Positions 24,463 to 33,518 of a stretch of DNA of 37,741 nucleotides are shown here, in pieces (positions within the stretch are counted from its first letter, which is position 1; each line of letters opens with the position of its first letter). The translations under genes were made by a program, and so were the position numbers. A model generated the notes under the pieces. That model saw only the letters and a program-made list of their open reading frames with translations, was not told the DNA's origin and searched no databases. The DNA is from a virus (lineage: Duplodnaviria; Caudoviricetes): IMG/VR virus record IMGVR_UViG_3300020045_000249, positions 1-37,741 of that record. One strand, written 5' to 3'.

Positions 24463-26171
24463 TCAATCTCAAAGGTAATTTGTCCCTGGATGGTTGTACC
24501 ATTGGTACTGAGACTCCAGTTGGAGAAATCAGTTTTCTGGATGTTCAACCAAACACCTGAGACGTCTGTATAACACCAAGCTGGTACCGGAGTACCGTTG
24601 TCTGATGCACGAACAAAACTGTTCATGGCTTTGGTGGAGAACTTGCCCAGTGGAATTTTAATCCGTAAGACAGAGCTTGGTGTGCCACCAACACTAGTAC
24701 TGTTCAGCGTGAAGGAAACAGTCATTGTGCGATTCAAGAGAGTGTAGGCATAGGTCGCCACATCACCAGACTCCACCGTCCATGTCATTGAACCAGAGGC
24801 AGTAAAGTTACCACCACCATACGGAGGACTGACCCAGCCCCTACCGGGGTCAAAATTACTCAGTCGAACAAAAGCACTTTCTTGCCAACCAATTAGGGGC
24901 TCATTCGTAGCAGGAACAATAACAGCAGTGTTTGCTCCATTGTTGAGAGCCAGTACATATGAAGTACCAACCGAGCATTCCCCTTTAGCTGGAACAAAAT
25001 AGATGGCCCATCTGCCAGCGGCCAGATCAGTTTCAAAAGACGCACCCGCTGTGTGGTTGATTAGTAGAGCATAGTTCTGGTTGTTATATGATACCACTGT
25101 TGGGGTGGAGTACACCGCACCAGACACCCATGCAGGGGATAGGGCGTACACCTGACAATATCCCCAAGCATCTCCAATACTGGTAATACGTGCCGAGGTC
25201 TGTACCCGAATTGGGTTATTGATTTGATTCTGAATAAGGGTAGTGGTAGATTCCAGCATTGGGTAAGTTTCCACCGGAGGAACCACCAGCAGGAAACTAG
25301 GACCATCCGTTCTCCAAGTCCGTCCAGTACCCCATGCCTCAGAGGCACAGCCCTCAATCAATAAATCAATAGCCACACTAGAGCGGATGAAGGCAGTGTT
25401 CATTACTCCACCACCAAACACTCTCCTAATCTGAAGAAGGTTGGAGACAACTAGATCAATACCAATATCTTCTACTTGAATGCCACCAGACTCAATAACA
25501 CTCATCTGACCAGCATTACCGCTATTGACTACAAAACCCTTTGAACCAACTACTTGAGACCAAATGGTGAAGGTACTAAACCGAGTGCCATCGTTTGCGT
25601 AGGCACCACCACTAATACCGCTCGTACCCCACTGAACTCCAGTCAAGCAGCGTCGAATGGAGAAACGTCGAAACTCGTTCTGAGAGCCACTGGGGTTATT
25701 ATCGGAGTCTAGCAAGATTCCTGTAGTGTTGAACCCAGCACCATCCAGATGAATACCATCTAACTCAAACAAGCGTGTACTAAATACACGAAGTAGGGGC
25801 AAGGTTGAGGCACCACCGTTCCAGCGGAGTTCCGTGCCACCTTTGTGCCCAACAACACCGAACGTGTCGTCTTCACCATACACTCCTGAGAGTTTCACAT
25901 AACTCTTTGCAGTAATAGAACCACTGATGTTGAACAATCCTGCTGGAAAGAGGACAGTACCACCCCCAGCAGCATGGGCAGTGTCGATGGCCTGTTGGAT
26001 GGCTGAAGTGGAGTCAAAAACACTAGTACCACTCTTGATGGCTGCCCACTGGCTTTTCGGGATGTGGGACATAACATCGACAATAGTCGTTTTGTACACA
26101 GCATCGTTAACATCATTCAACCAATCTGCTGTGATGGGGGTTTTTCTATGTTCAAAAAAAGTATCGGCCAT
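24459..26171 (-). CDS. Second tailspike/depolymerase with beta-helix and CBM5/12-like insert
   Basis: Same DWLNDV.DAVY anchor; DSTSAIQQAIDTAHAAGGGTVLFPAG; PAWVSGAVY...VSYNNQNY...HTAG...W; C-terminal beta domain. Confidence 0.8.
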   Translation of the reverse strand: MADTFFEHRKTPITADWLNDVNDAVYKTTIVDVMSHIPKSQWAAIKSGTSVFDSTSAIQQAIDTAHAAGGGTVLFPAGLFNISGSITAKSYVKLSGVYGEDDTFGVVGHKGGTELRWNGGASTLPLLRVFSTRLFELDGIHLDGAGFNTTGILLDSDNNPSGSQNEFRRFSIRRCLTGVQWGTSGISGGAYANDGTRFSTFTIWSQVVGSKGFVVNSGNAGQMSVIESGGIQVEDIGIDLVVSNLLQIRRVFGGGVMNTAFIRSSVAIDLLIEGCASEAWGTGRTWRTDGPSFLLVVPPVETYPMLESTTTLIQNQINNPIRVQTSARITSIGDAWGYCQVYALSPAWVSGAVYSTPTVVSYNNQNYALLINHTAGASFETDLAAGRWAIYFVPAKGECSVGTSYVLALNNGANTAVIVPATNEPLIGWQESAFVRLSNFDPGRGWVSPPYGGGNFTASGSMTWTVESGDVATYAYTLLNRTMTVSFTLNSTSVGGTPSSVLRIKIPLGKFSTKAMNSFVRASDNGTPVPAWCYTDVSGVWLNIQKTDFSNWSLSTNGTTIQGQITFEID

Positions 26172-26542
26172 TAAAGCACTCCTGGAATAGAACGTCCTGC
26201 AATGGCAATGTCAGCAATGCAGCTAGGATTAAAAATATCAATTAGCAATTCAATGTTTATATTACCACCAACAGTCATGCAGTCGGCTTCACCAAAGTCT
26301 GCCATTGGGGAACTGGACCACATATCGCAGGTAAACACAAAAGTATCTAGTGTACGCGGTCTGGTCCAATCTGGAATAGCTTTCTCTGGCCTAACCTTGA
26401 TAAAGTCTTGTGGATGGCGAGTCTCATAGTCCTTCTCACAAACCATCAGGCCTTGCCAATCTTTTCTGAGTTCTGCACTCTTAAACTTAAAGCCACAACG
26501 ATCACAGATCGAGTTCCATTGGCCTGATAGGAAGTAAGTCAT
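26171..26542 (-). CDS. Conserved Cys-containing hypothetical protein of the structural module
   Basis: WNSICDRCGFKFK...WQGLMVC..DYE.RHPQDF motif, frequent in podovirus structural modules. Confidence 0.75.
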   Translation of the reverse strand: MTYFLSGQWNSICDRCGFKFKSAELRKDWQGLMVCEKDYETRHPQDFIKVRPEKAIPDWTRPRTLDTFVFTCDMWSSSPMADFGEADCMTVGGNINIELLIDIFNPSCIADIAIAGRSIPGVL

Positions 26543-28986
26543 TATGCTATCCCTGTACGTGTATCATTTAAACATGTTGACCAGATGATGGTTCGTAGTT
26601 GTGTAGCCAATGCTGGAGAAATGTTAGCATCCACTCCGGCGTTTGCTGGTAACTCACTAGGGTTGCGGTGATATACAACGGCCAAAATTGTAGCCAACTG
26701 GACCCAGCGTCCTATTGGTGTATCAATGTGGACATCATCTGAGAAGAGATTAGCCATGGTGATACCAGTAACTGTACCTGCCTGGATACCATCATACACA
26801 GCACAGAACACTTCTAGCAGAGGAATCATCCTCATCGAGCTAGTCCCAACAGCTTTGTTGGCATTCACATAGTCGATGATGGTTGTCCACAGAGGTTTTT
26901 CTGGTTCCTGTGCAGCTCTCCAGGCACTCCCAAATAAGAGTGCTGGATCGTTACGCCAGAAATTCATGTAGTAGGTCTGGGCTCCAGTGGCTCCAGCTAG
27001 GTTGTGCCACAAGAGAGCATACACGTTAGCACCACTCTGTGCTGGTGGGCTGTACTGTGTGGTGTTAGCCAACACAGAGGCTCTTCCAACCAAGTCAGCA
27101 CCGTTAGTGTAACTACCCCCATGTGCCTCGGTACCAATAAAAGCTGCATAGGAAGCTCCAGGAGCCTCTAGGAGAGCCTTTACGTTGTCCGGGGTACCCA
27201 CCTCTACCGGATGATCCCAACGCCACTGTGCAGAGCTGTGTGGGCCTGTAGCAGTCCATTTCTGAACAGCCCCTCCCATGGAAGCTATGGCAGCCGTGAG
27301 TTGTGTCTTTGCTGTAGCATCGGGAATAGAGTGTCCAGAGACAACTAAACGTTGATCTAGGGGTAATGCCAAAATAGTGGACACTGGGAAAGTACCAGCA
27401 TTGTACTGCATAGCAGCAACACTACGTGGTGTAGCTACGTTAATAGTCTGCCTAAGTCCAAACTCTCCAGTATCTGTGGGCTTTCTAGTAGCATCAAACT
27501 GGTTAAAACCTCCAGGTACAGAGGAGAATAGTGCCCAGTTGGTCATCATGTTTGCATACTTAGCTACAATCAGGTCACCCCTATTAATCTCAGCAACAAT
27601 CTGGTTAGCCAAAGTGTTGTTAGACGTGCCTGGATTATAGAAGTGTGAGCCGCCCTCATACATGATGAGTTGCTTACCCAAAGAGTTAGCCACAGCTTTA
27701 TGATGGGGCCAGTAACTATTCAGATGTAGGTCAATTTCCTCTTGAATCTTGGCAAGAGCTAGAGTTCTTCCTGTAGCATAATCAGTGGTTGCAGCAGAGA
27801 TGACTGCTGGCCACTGGTCTGCTGCACAGTTGAAATATCCTGTGACAGCTATAGCATCATGCACAGTGTGGGGTATCACTCGTCCAGGCTGTTCAGCAAC
27901 CCATCCTGGTGCATATAGATTGTTCTCTTCTAGTCCCAACCAGCCTGTTTGTACGCCCATTACACGAACAATGCGACTCATCTGTCCAGAGAACACGGCA
28001 GAGGCTGCTTGCATACATTCAGTACTACGTCCACCCCACTGCTCATAAACATTATAACTCTTGCCCGCTCTCAGAGCATCCAAATAAGGATAGCAATCAA
28101 AGTTGTAGGAGTTGTTCCAACACTCATTGCCATACTCAAAGTAGGCCTTAAGGGCGGGGTTTAGGTTATCTCTAACAATGGTTGCTGCTTGTGTACAGTA
28201 ATCAGAAGTAGCTGCATATGGGAAGTGAAACCACCCATTACAGCCCAACTCATTACACACCTTAACCATCTCAAGCCAGGAAGCACCTTTACCAATACTC
28301 GTTGGCCGTGGTGCATCAGTCCAAGCAGATTGAGCGTTCTTGTTAATGTCCTGAGACATCATGAAACGCAACAACCCTATATTACCATATGCAGCCGTAA
28401 AGGCTGGATGCACCACTTTACCCGAAGCTACCAATGCTGAGTGGGCCACTAAGAAGCATTTCATGCCCCTAATGTGGTCCCCATTGGTGGTGGCTGTGAT
28501 ACGGATGTCTATCGAGTTACTGTCTGTTGGAAAGAAATCAAACTCTGTGTACCCAACTCCATCAGTCCGATTGCTCACGCCAGACAACAGCAGTGTCCCA
28601 GTTCCTAGATACTCTAACCGATAACGCCCACCTAGAGCTGGAGCACTTGCTGCGCCCTGTTCCAACATCACAATAGTACCAGCAGCGGTGTCGGCTGGCA
28701 AGGTAGTTGGATAGCCATCTATGTCCACCGTGGCTAGCATTTCAGCTAGCTTTGTTGTGTCATTATATTGACTACTGGTTTGGGCTCTCCAAGCCCTAGC
28801 TGTACGCATCACGTCTAGGAATAAAGAGTCACGTCCCCAGTCTTGTGTTGAATAATCAGTATTTAGCCACAGCCTTCCTGTAGCAATGGCGGGGTACTCT
28901 GTTACAGGAGGGAGGACACCAGACACATCGTATGCCTCCATCCCCACCGCTGTAAAAAGAATGATGGTATTTCCTACTCTAAACAT
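26542..28986 (-). CDS. Putative glycoside hydrolase fused to an SGNH-like esterase
   Basis: DW...FLDVMRTARAW, LRFM, EYGNECWN and YEGGSH (clan GH-A-like Glu pair). C-terminal VSGHSIPD...DDVH is SGNH-like. Confidence 0.6.
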   Translation of the reverse strand: MFRVGNTIILFTAVGMEAYDVSGVLPPVTEYPAIATGRLWLNTDYSTQDWGRDSLFLDVMRTARAWRAQTSSQYNDTTKLAEMLATVDIDGYPTTLPADTAAGTIVMLEQGAASAPALGGRYRLEYLGTGTLLLSGVSNRTDGVGYTEFDFFPTDSNSIDIRITATTNGDHIRGMKCFLVAHSALVASGKVVHPAFTAAYGNIGLLRFMMSQDINKNAQSAWTDAPRPTSIGKGASWLEMVKVCNELGCNGWFHFPYAATSDYCTQAATIVRDNLNPALKAYFEYGNECWNNSYNFDCYPYLDALRAGKSYNVYEQWGGRSTECMQAASAVFSGQMSRIVRVMGVQTGWLGLEENNLYAPGWVAEQPGRVIPHTVHDAIAVTGYFNCAADQWPAVISAATTDYATGRTLALAKIQEEIDLHLNSYWPHHKAVANSLGKQLIMYEGGSHFYNPGTSNNTLANQIVAEINRGDLIVAKYANMMTNWALFSSVPGGFNQFDATRKPTDTGEFGLRQTINVATPRSVAAMQYNAGTFPVSTILALPLDQRLVVSGHSIPDATAKTQLTAAIASMGGAVQKWTATGPHSSAQWRWDHPVEVGTPDNVKALLEAPGASYAAFIGTEAHGGSYTNGADLVGRASVLANTTQYSPPAQSGANVYALLWHNLAGATGAQTYYMNFWRNDPALLFGSAWRAAQEPEKPLWTTIIDYVNANKAVGTSSMRMIPLLEVFCAVYDGIQAGTVTGITMANLFSDDVHIDTPIGRWVQLATILAVVYHRNPSELPANAGVDANISPALATQLRTIIWSTCLNDTRTGIA

Positions 28987-28989
28987 AGG

Positions 28990-29814
28990 TTAAGTCTCGT
29001 GTGGTGGAAAATCTAGCAGGGACTGGTCGGTAACTCCTGGTTTTCTACAGAGCATGGTAAACGCTCGTGGGTTGGGACGCACCCAACCAAAGCGCCCATA
29101 GGCACAGCCAGGAACCCACGAAGATGCTCCCATTACCTGTGGAGCAGTTAGCACCATATTTGGATAGAAGTCGGCACCTGCCACTAGAACCAAATTGCTC
29201 TGTGCCATATCATTCACACCACCCGTATTAATTAAGGAGAGTCGAGCAACCAGTTTCACATAGATGGCATCAATGTCTGGTTCATCATTGAGCAACGGAA
29301 GCGGTTGTCTACCACGACCTCCATGGGCAGAAGCGTTTACGTCTGCATGAAATTTGTTTGCTGCTGGATAAACCATAGTTCCAGCCGTGCCCCCAGTAGT
29401 TTGGAGGTTATATGGGGCTACCCACTCATAGTTGGCAGGAGCATGTGTGAATACCCAAGTTTTGTCACTGGCTCTACGTACTTGTGCAGACATACTTAGT
29501 ACCTCTATACAAGTATTAGTAGCCGTATCGGCTGGAGCGTAGGCATTGGTAGCTCCCCTAAAGGAAACAAACCAGGGAACAAGAACACGCCATGTTCCCC
29601 ATGAAATGACATCGGCATCCGTTCTACGACCCCATCCAGTGGATGCCAGGGAACCATAACCAGGATCAGCACCCCGCATCCCCTGTGCCTGTGTGCCCAC
29701 TGGACCGACAATCCACCCAGAACCTCCCTCCGGGCCTACTAGAGAAAGTTCATGTGTTGCTGCTGCTTGTGACTGTAGAGCACTACCTATAATGGATTTT
29801 GGTGAGACACTCAT
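28990..29814 (-). CDS. Hypothetical beta-rich protein, possible receptor- or carbohydrate-binding virion protein
   Basis: ORF track; Trp/Gly-rich; lies in the fibre cluster. Confidence 0.7.
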   Translation of the reverse strand: MSVSPKSIIGSALQSQAAATHELSLVGPEGGSGWIVGPVGTQAQGMRGADPGYGSLASTGWGRRTDADVISWGTWRVLVPWFVSFRGATNAYAPADTATNTCIEVLSMSAQVRRASDKTWVFTHAPANYEWVAPYNLQTTGGTAGTMVYPAANKFHADVNASAHGGRGRQPLPLLNDEPDIDAIYVKLVARLSLINTGGVNDMAQSNLVLVAGADFYPNMVLTAPQVMGASSWVPGCAYGRFGWVRPNPRAFTMLCRKPGVTDQSLLDFPPHET

Positions 29815-30614
29815 AGTACTGTGGCAGTAATTGACTGTAGAGTGATTAGGTCAGCCCCGTTAGCACAAGTCCCAGTTAGAAACAGGGAGGTTGCCACCGA
29901 GGTATCCACCACCGCTGTACGCAGTGCCAGGGCAGCTTGCCCAAAACCAAAACCATATTCCAACGCAGTTTGTACTTGTGACGAAACACTATTACGGTTC
30001 ATGAAACCACAACGCACTGACATTTTAACAGTGGTTGTTGCTGTCTGTTCCCAAAGACTCGTACCGTTAATCCCGGTTCCACCTAGACGTAGATTTACGG
30101 TTTTATTGTTTGCATTGTTTGGGTATGTCACTAGAAACTCAACCACTACTTTACCATTGTCAGCAAGAGCGAGTGCTGGTAGAGGAATTGTGGCTAACAC
30201 CGTTTCAGTGGTCCCACTGGTAGTGGTTGCTGGGTTACCATTTGCCAAAAGAGAAACCTCTTTTAGACAGCGCCAGTAGGTCCCATCACTCCAGAATTGA
30301 CCCACTAGACCAGAATCTAGTACGGTAATTACTCTGTTAGTGTTTCCAGAAGCAGAGGGTTTACCCGCCCAAGTAAACACCTCCGCTCCTTTACCAACAA
30401 AGAGAGAGTCTCGCGTTTGGGTGTAGACAGCAGAAGCCCGCTGAATAATTAGATCATCAGTCCCTACCCCATTATCTGGCAGAGCTGAGGGGACAATGGC
30501 CTGATCTGCCCCAAGTTTACCATCAAGGGCTGCTTCTAGTCCGGGGACATCGGAAATACCGCTGACGGTGGTACCACCACCACCAGCTACAGAGGAATTA
30601 ATTACAACAGACAT
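29811..30614 (-). CDS. Tail fibre/adaptor protein
   Basis: ISDVPGLEAALDGKL phage fibre repeat; Thr-rich beta C-terminus. Confidence 0.65.
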   Translation of the reverse strand: MSVVINSSVAGGGGTTVSGISDVPGLEAALDGKLGADQAIVPSALPDNGVGTDDLIIQRASAVYTQTRDSLFVGKGAEVFTWAGKPSASGNTNRVITVLDSGLVGQFWSDGTYWRCLKEVSLLANGNPATTTSGTTETVLATIPLPALALADNGKVVVEFLVTYPNNANNKTVNLRLGGTGINGTSLWEQTATTTVKMSVRCGFMNRNSVSSQVQTALEYGFGFGQAALALRTAVVDTSVATSLFLTGTCANGADLITLQSITATVL

Positions 30615-30623
30615 ACATTCCCC

Positions 30624-30965
30624 TTAAACACAAGAAGTGACATCAACGGATGCGCCAGTACCCGAGATAGCTGTGACACGGGCCCGTACAAACTTCCATG
30701 GAGCCGATGTCTGGAAACCGTCAGAAGAACTAGTTGTGCCAGACAAGGTGATTGTGCCCAACACCGTGGAGAGAGCGTTAATACCATCGTTAGAGGCTTC
30801 AATAACCACTGTAGCAGTCACTGCCCCAGTACCTTCAACAACTGCTTGATAAGATGCCTGTGGAGCATCTTTGAACATCCATGCGCCAGTTACCGTAGTA
30901 GTGGCGTCTTTAAGAATGTCTAGAACTCGTCCAGACTTAACAAATACATTAGAAGACATTTCCAT
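30624..30965 (-). CDS. Small beta-rich structural protein (113 aa)
   Basis: GTGAVTATVVIEASNDG...W.FVRARVTAISGTGASV pattern seen in phage virion proteins. Confidence 0.7.
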   Translation of the reverse strand: MEMSSNVFVKSGRVLDILKDATTTVTGAWMFKDAPQASYQAVVEGTGAVTATVVIEASNDGINALSTVLGTITLSGTTSSSDGFQTSAPWKFVRARVTAISGTGASVDVTSCV

Positions 30966-30979
30966 ACCCTTCCAGAGAC

Positions 30980-31017
30980 AAAAGAAAAGGGGAGTACCTT
31001 TTAACAGACACTCCCCT
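30980..31017 (-). terminator. Intrinsic terminator after the capsid genes
   Basis: Minus strand reads AGGGGAGT-GTCTGTTAAAAGGT-ACTCCCCT-TTTCTTTT. Confidence 0.85.
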
Positions 31018-31057
31018 CTAGGGGGTTACTTCAGACCAAGGTCTTCCAGTAACCGGG

Positions 31058-31492
31058 TTACAGTTGAATGGTTTCTCCACCACCAACTACACTATACTCA
31101 ATCTTCACATACCAAGGACCACCTGCCGAGGAGGCAGTACCGGATTCAGTATATTTGGCATAGATTGGGACGTCGGTGGTGAGCTTTTCCATAAAAGCCG
31201 TACCAACCGCAGCAGCACCGGCGGGATTATAACCCTCACCAGTGGCTGCAGTACGAACATCATAAGAAGCCAAAAGCTCGTTAGCAGAGGCAGTAGTACC
31301 AACGTCAATCGTAGCGGTAGTGCCAGCATTACTGGCAGCCTGACCCACAACATACATACCAGTCAACACAGCATCTTTGGGGAGCCAAGCTCCCACAAAG
31401 GCAGTAGTGTCGGTACGGACAATTTTAACTACTTTCTCAAGACTCTCACGAACTTTGGGGTAACTCAGCGAAACAAAGTTAGTTGCTGCCAT
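31058..31492 (-). CDS. Capsid decoration/cement-like protein (144 aa)
   Basis: Directly after the MCP; LP..A......V...SNAGTTATIDVGT...A.Y...GTA...G...V.IEY. Confidence 0.65.
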   Translation of the reverse strand: MAATNFVSLSYPKVRESLEKVVKIVRTDTTAFVGAWLPKDAVLTGMYVVGQAASNAGTTATIDVGTTASANELLASYDVRTAATGEGYNPAGAAAVGTAFMEKLTTDVPIYAKYTESGTASSAGGPWYVKIEYSVVGGGETIQL

Positions 31493-31507
31493 TTGTTACC
31501 CCTAACC

Positions 31508-32416
31508 TCAAGCGCCTTGCGAACCGAAGAGACCACGGGGGTCCGTCCAGCCGAAGGAGTAACGAGCAGTGGCCTTGAACTTTGCGTTCTCGGTATCAAA
31601 ATCGTTATCCATCTCGAAGTTGTCAGCACGACGCTCAAAGTACTTCATGCCATGCTTAACGTTGGTGCGGATGAACCAAGCATCCGTATCCGTCAGGTAA
31701 TGGTTCGTCACAACTTTAGGAATCACACCAAGGGTCTTCAGGGCGTTCAGGTCATTGGCATCAGTACCCACTCGGCCATCCGAGTTAAGGATACGCTTGG
31801 CTTCAAACATCAGTTGACGTGGGATGATGAGGGTCTCAGGACGGACAGCGATCAGGAGACCACGGTCGTTAGTGAAACCAGCAATATCGATACAAGCCTG
31901 CTCAAGAGCCGCTTCCGACAAGTCAGCATCAGTTGCCAGCTTGTTCGACCAAGTACCACCAGCAATGTTGGCATGACCGGTAGCCAGGAGGGCAGAACCG
32001 TCACCACCAGTGTACGAACCAGAGAAGGCTCGGTTGTACACGTTAGCAGCGATGATTTCCTTGGTCTGACGCATAGACATGGCAAGACCTTCGGACTTAC
32101 GCTTACCCACGATGTCATACTGGTCATCTTCCATCATCTCTCGCGTGATGACAAAACCCAGTGCAAACACTGCGTGTTGGTAGCGAGTGATGAAGCCTTG
32201 ACGCTCACTGTCGTAAGAAATCGGAGCACCTTCCGACTTCTGAACCGCAAGGCCCAGACCAGAAGTACCGACATCCTCTTCCCAAGCACGGCTAGAGGTA
32301 TGCTTCTCAAACAGAGAAGTGTACTCAACCGGATACTCAGTGTATGCTTTACCGTACCAAGCGTTAACGCCGGGCCAGAGGGCCTTTGCAAAAGAGCCAC
32401 TATTAATCACACTCAT
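31508..32416 (-). CDS. Major capsid protein
   Basis: 302 aa; FAKALWPG, K.EG..I.YD, ALGF.IT.E..EDD.Y, YLTD.DAWF, RYSFGW.DPRG; strong RBS. Confidence 0.9.
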   Translation of the reverse strand: MSVINSGSFAKALWPGVNAWYGKAYTEYPVEYTSLFEKHTSSRAWEEDVGTSGLGLAVQKSEGAPISYDSERQGFITRYQHAVFALGFVITREMMEDDQYDIVGKRKSEGLAMSMRQTKEIIAANVYNRAFSGSYTGGDGSALLATGHANIAGGTWSNKLATDADLSEAALEQACIDIAGFTNDRGLLIAVRPETLIIPRQLMFEAKRILNSDGRVGTDANDLNALKTLGVIPKVVTNHYLTDTDAWFIRTNVKHGMKYFERRADNFEMDNDFDTENAKFKATARYSFGWTDPRGLFGSQGA

Positions 32417-32434
32417 TTTATTCCTTCCTAACTA

Positions 32435-33052
32435 TTAGACGCCAGCAGTGCCGGTACTACCCTTGAACTGATGGTTGTTGATGACCACATACACGTTAGT
32501 GTAGGCATCACCAATGTTATTATCAGGACGGTAGGGGAAACCAACAATCTTCAGAGGAAGAGTGGCCGTAGCAGCCTTGGTGGACAGGTCCACAGCCATG
32601 CCAGAGGCACCAGAGGTCGTAGAACCAGCAGTGACATCCACTTCAGCATTAAGACCGATGTCAGCAGCAGCCAACGTAGCTCCCATAGTCTGTGCTTCAA
32701 ACACAGTGTTAGGATCATCTGCAACCATCACATAGCGATCCGTAGAGGCACGACGATAAACAGGAGTATTCAGATCAGTCACCGGGGGGACGTTCTGAGT
32801 ATCACCAACACCAGAATAGATGATACCAACCACAACACCCACCGAGGCTTCCGTGGCACCACCAGCGTGGCGAGCAACCGTTTGAGCACCCGTGGGGCTA
32901 CGGCTATCACCAGCCAGTTTAACCACGTCACCGACCATAATCACGTCAGCATTCGAGGCAGGAATAAAATACAAATTGGCTTGGCCGAAGTAGCCTTTGC
33001 CATCAAGATATTTAACAGGACGCAGCCCGTTAATACGCGAAACACTTGCCAT
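32435..33052 (-). CDS. Capsid-associated (decoration/cement) protein (205 aa)
   Basis: G.RPV, I.VGDVVKL, V.DDP..VFE.Q and V.IN.HQ; ATG 33052 with GGAG RBS. Confidence 0.7.
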   Translation of the reverse strand: MASVSRINGLRPVKYLDGKGYFGQANLYFIPASNADVIMVGDVVKLAGDSRSPTGAQTVARHAGGATEASVGVVVGIIYSGVGDTQNVPPVTDLNTPVYRRASTDRYVMVADDPNTVFEAQTMGATLAAADIGLNAEVDVTAGSTTSGASGMAVDLSTKAATATLPLKIVGFPYRPDNNIGDAYTNVYVVINNHQFKGSTGTAGV

Positions 33053-33094
33053 TAGTTTTCTCCAATAAAGCAAATAAGGGATTTCCTAATGGCA
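33047..33094 (-). promoter_or_regulatory. 9-bp inverted repeat that can sequester the start codon
   Basis: TGCCATTAG at 33047-33055 and CTAATGGCA at 33086-33094; the RBS lies in the 30-nt loop. Confidence 0.55.
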
Positions 33095-33107
33095 CAGCAC
33101 GACAAAA

Positions 33108-33518
33108 TTAGTCGCGGGAGACTTTCAGTTCTCCGTATGTACCATCAAGAGCTTTTTCTTTGGTGGCACGTTCAACGTCAGCAACATGATTGAGCTTTCG
33201 AGCCTGATCTTCCTCAAACCATTCCCGTTTAATCCGCATGAGGTAGGCTTTTGTGCCTTGACCAACAGAGACGGCTTTACTTGAACCAAGAGAGGATGCT
33301 GCGTTAACACGCTTATCACCAGATTGTGCAGCTTCATCCAAGACCAGTTCATAACCAGCCTCTTGGAATTGAGCAACACGTTCATCAATGTCATTTACAT
33401 AACGGTATGCATATGCAGGGTCTTTACCCTTTACCGTCAGAATGTTCCGCGTACCAATCGGGGTACGTTGAACACGGCCACTAGGCGCTTTAGCAATAGC
33501 TTCTTTTTCTTGGTTCAT
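33108..33518 (-). CDS. Conserved hypothetical head-module protein (136 aa)
   Basis: Y.YR.VND...R.......GY..V and AYLMRI..EW..ED motif, commonly found between scaffold and capsid genes. Confidence 0.75.
   Translation of the reverse strand: MNQEKEAIAKAPSGRVQRTPIGTRNILTVKGKDPAYAYRYVNDIDERVAQFQEAGYELVLDEAAQSGDKRVNAASSLGSSKAVSVGQGTKAYLMRIKREWFEEDQARKLNHVADVERATKEKALDGTYGELKVSRD

Noticed and set aside
31064-32431. 455-aa antisense ORF over the major capsid and decoration genes
   Set aside because: It mirrors highly biased coding sequence, has no RBS and no recognisable motifs; typical antisense shadow.
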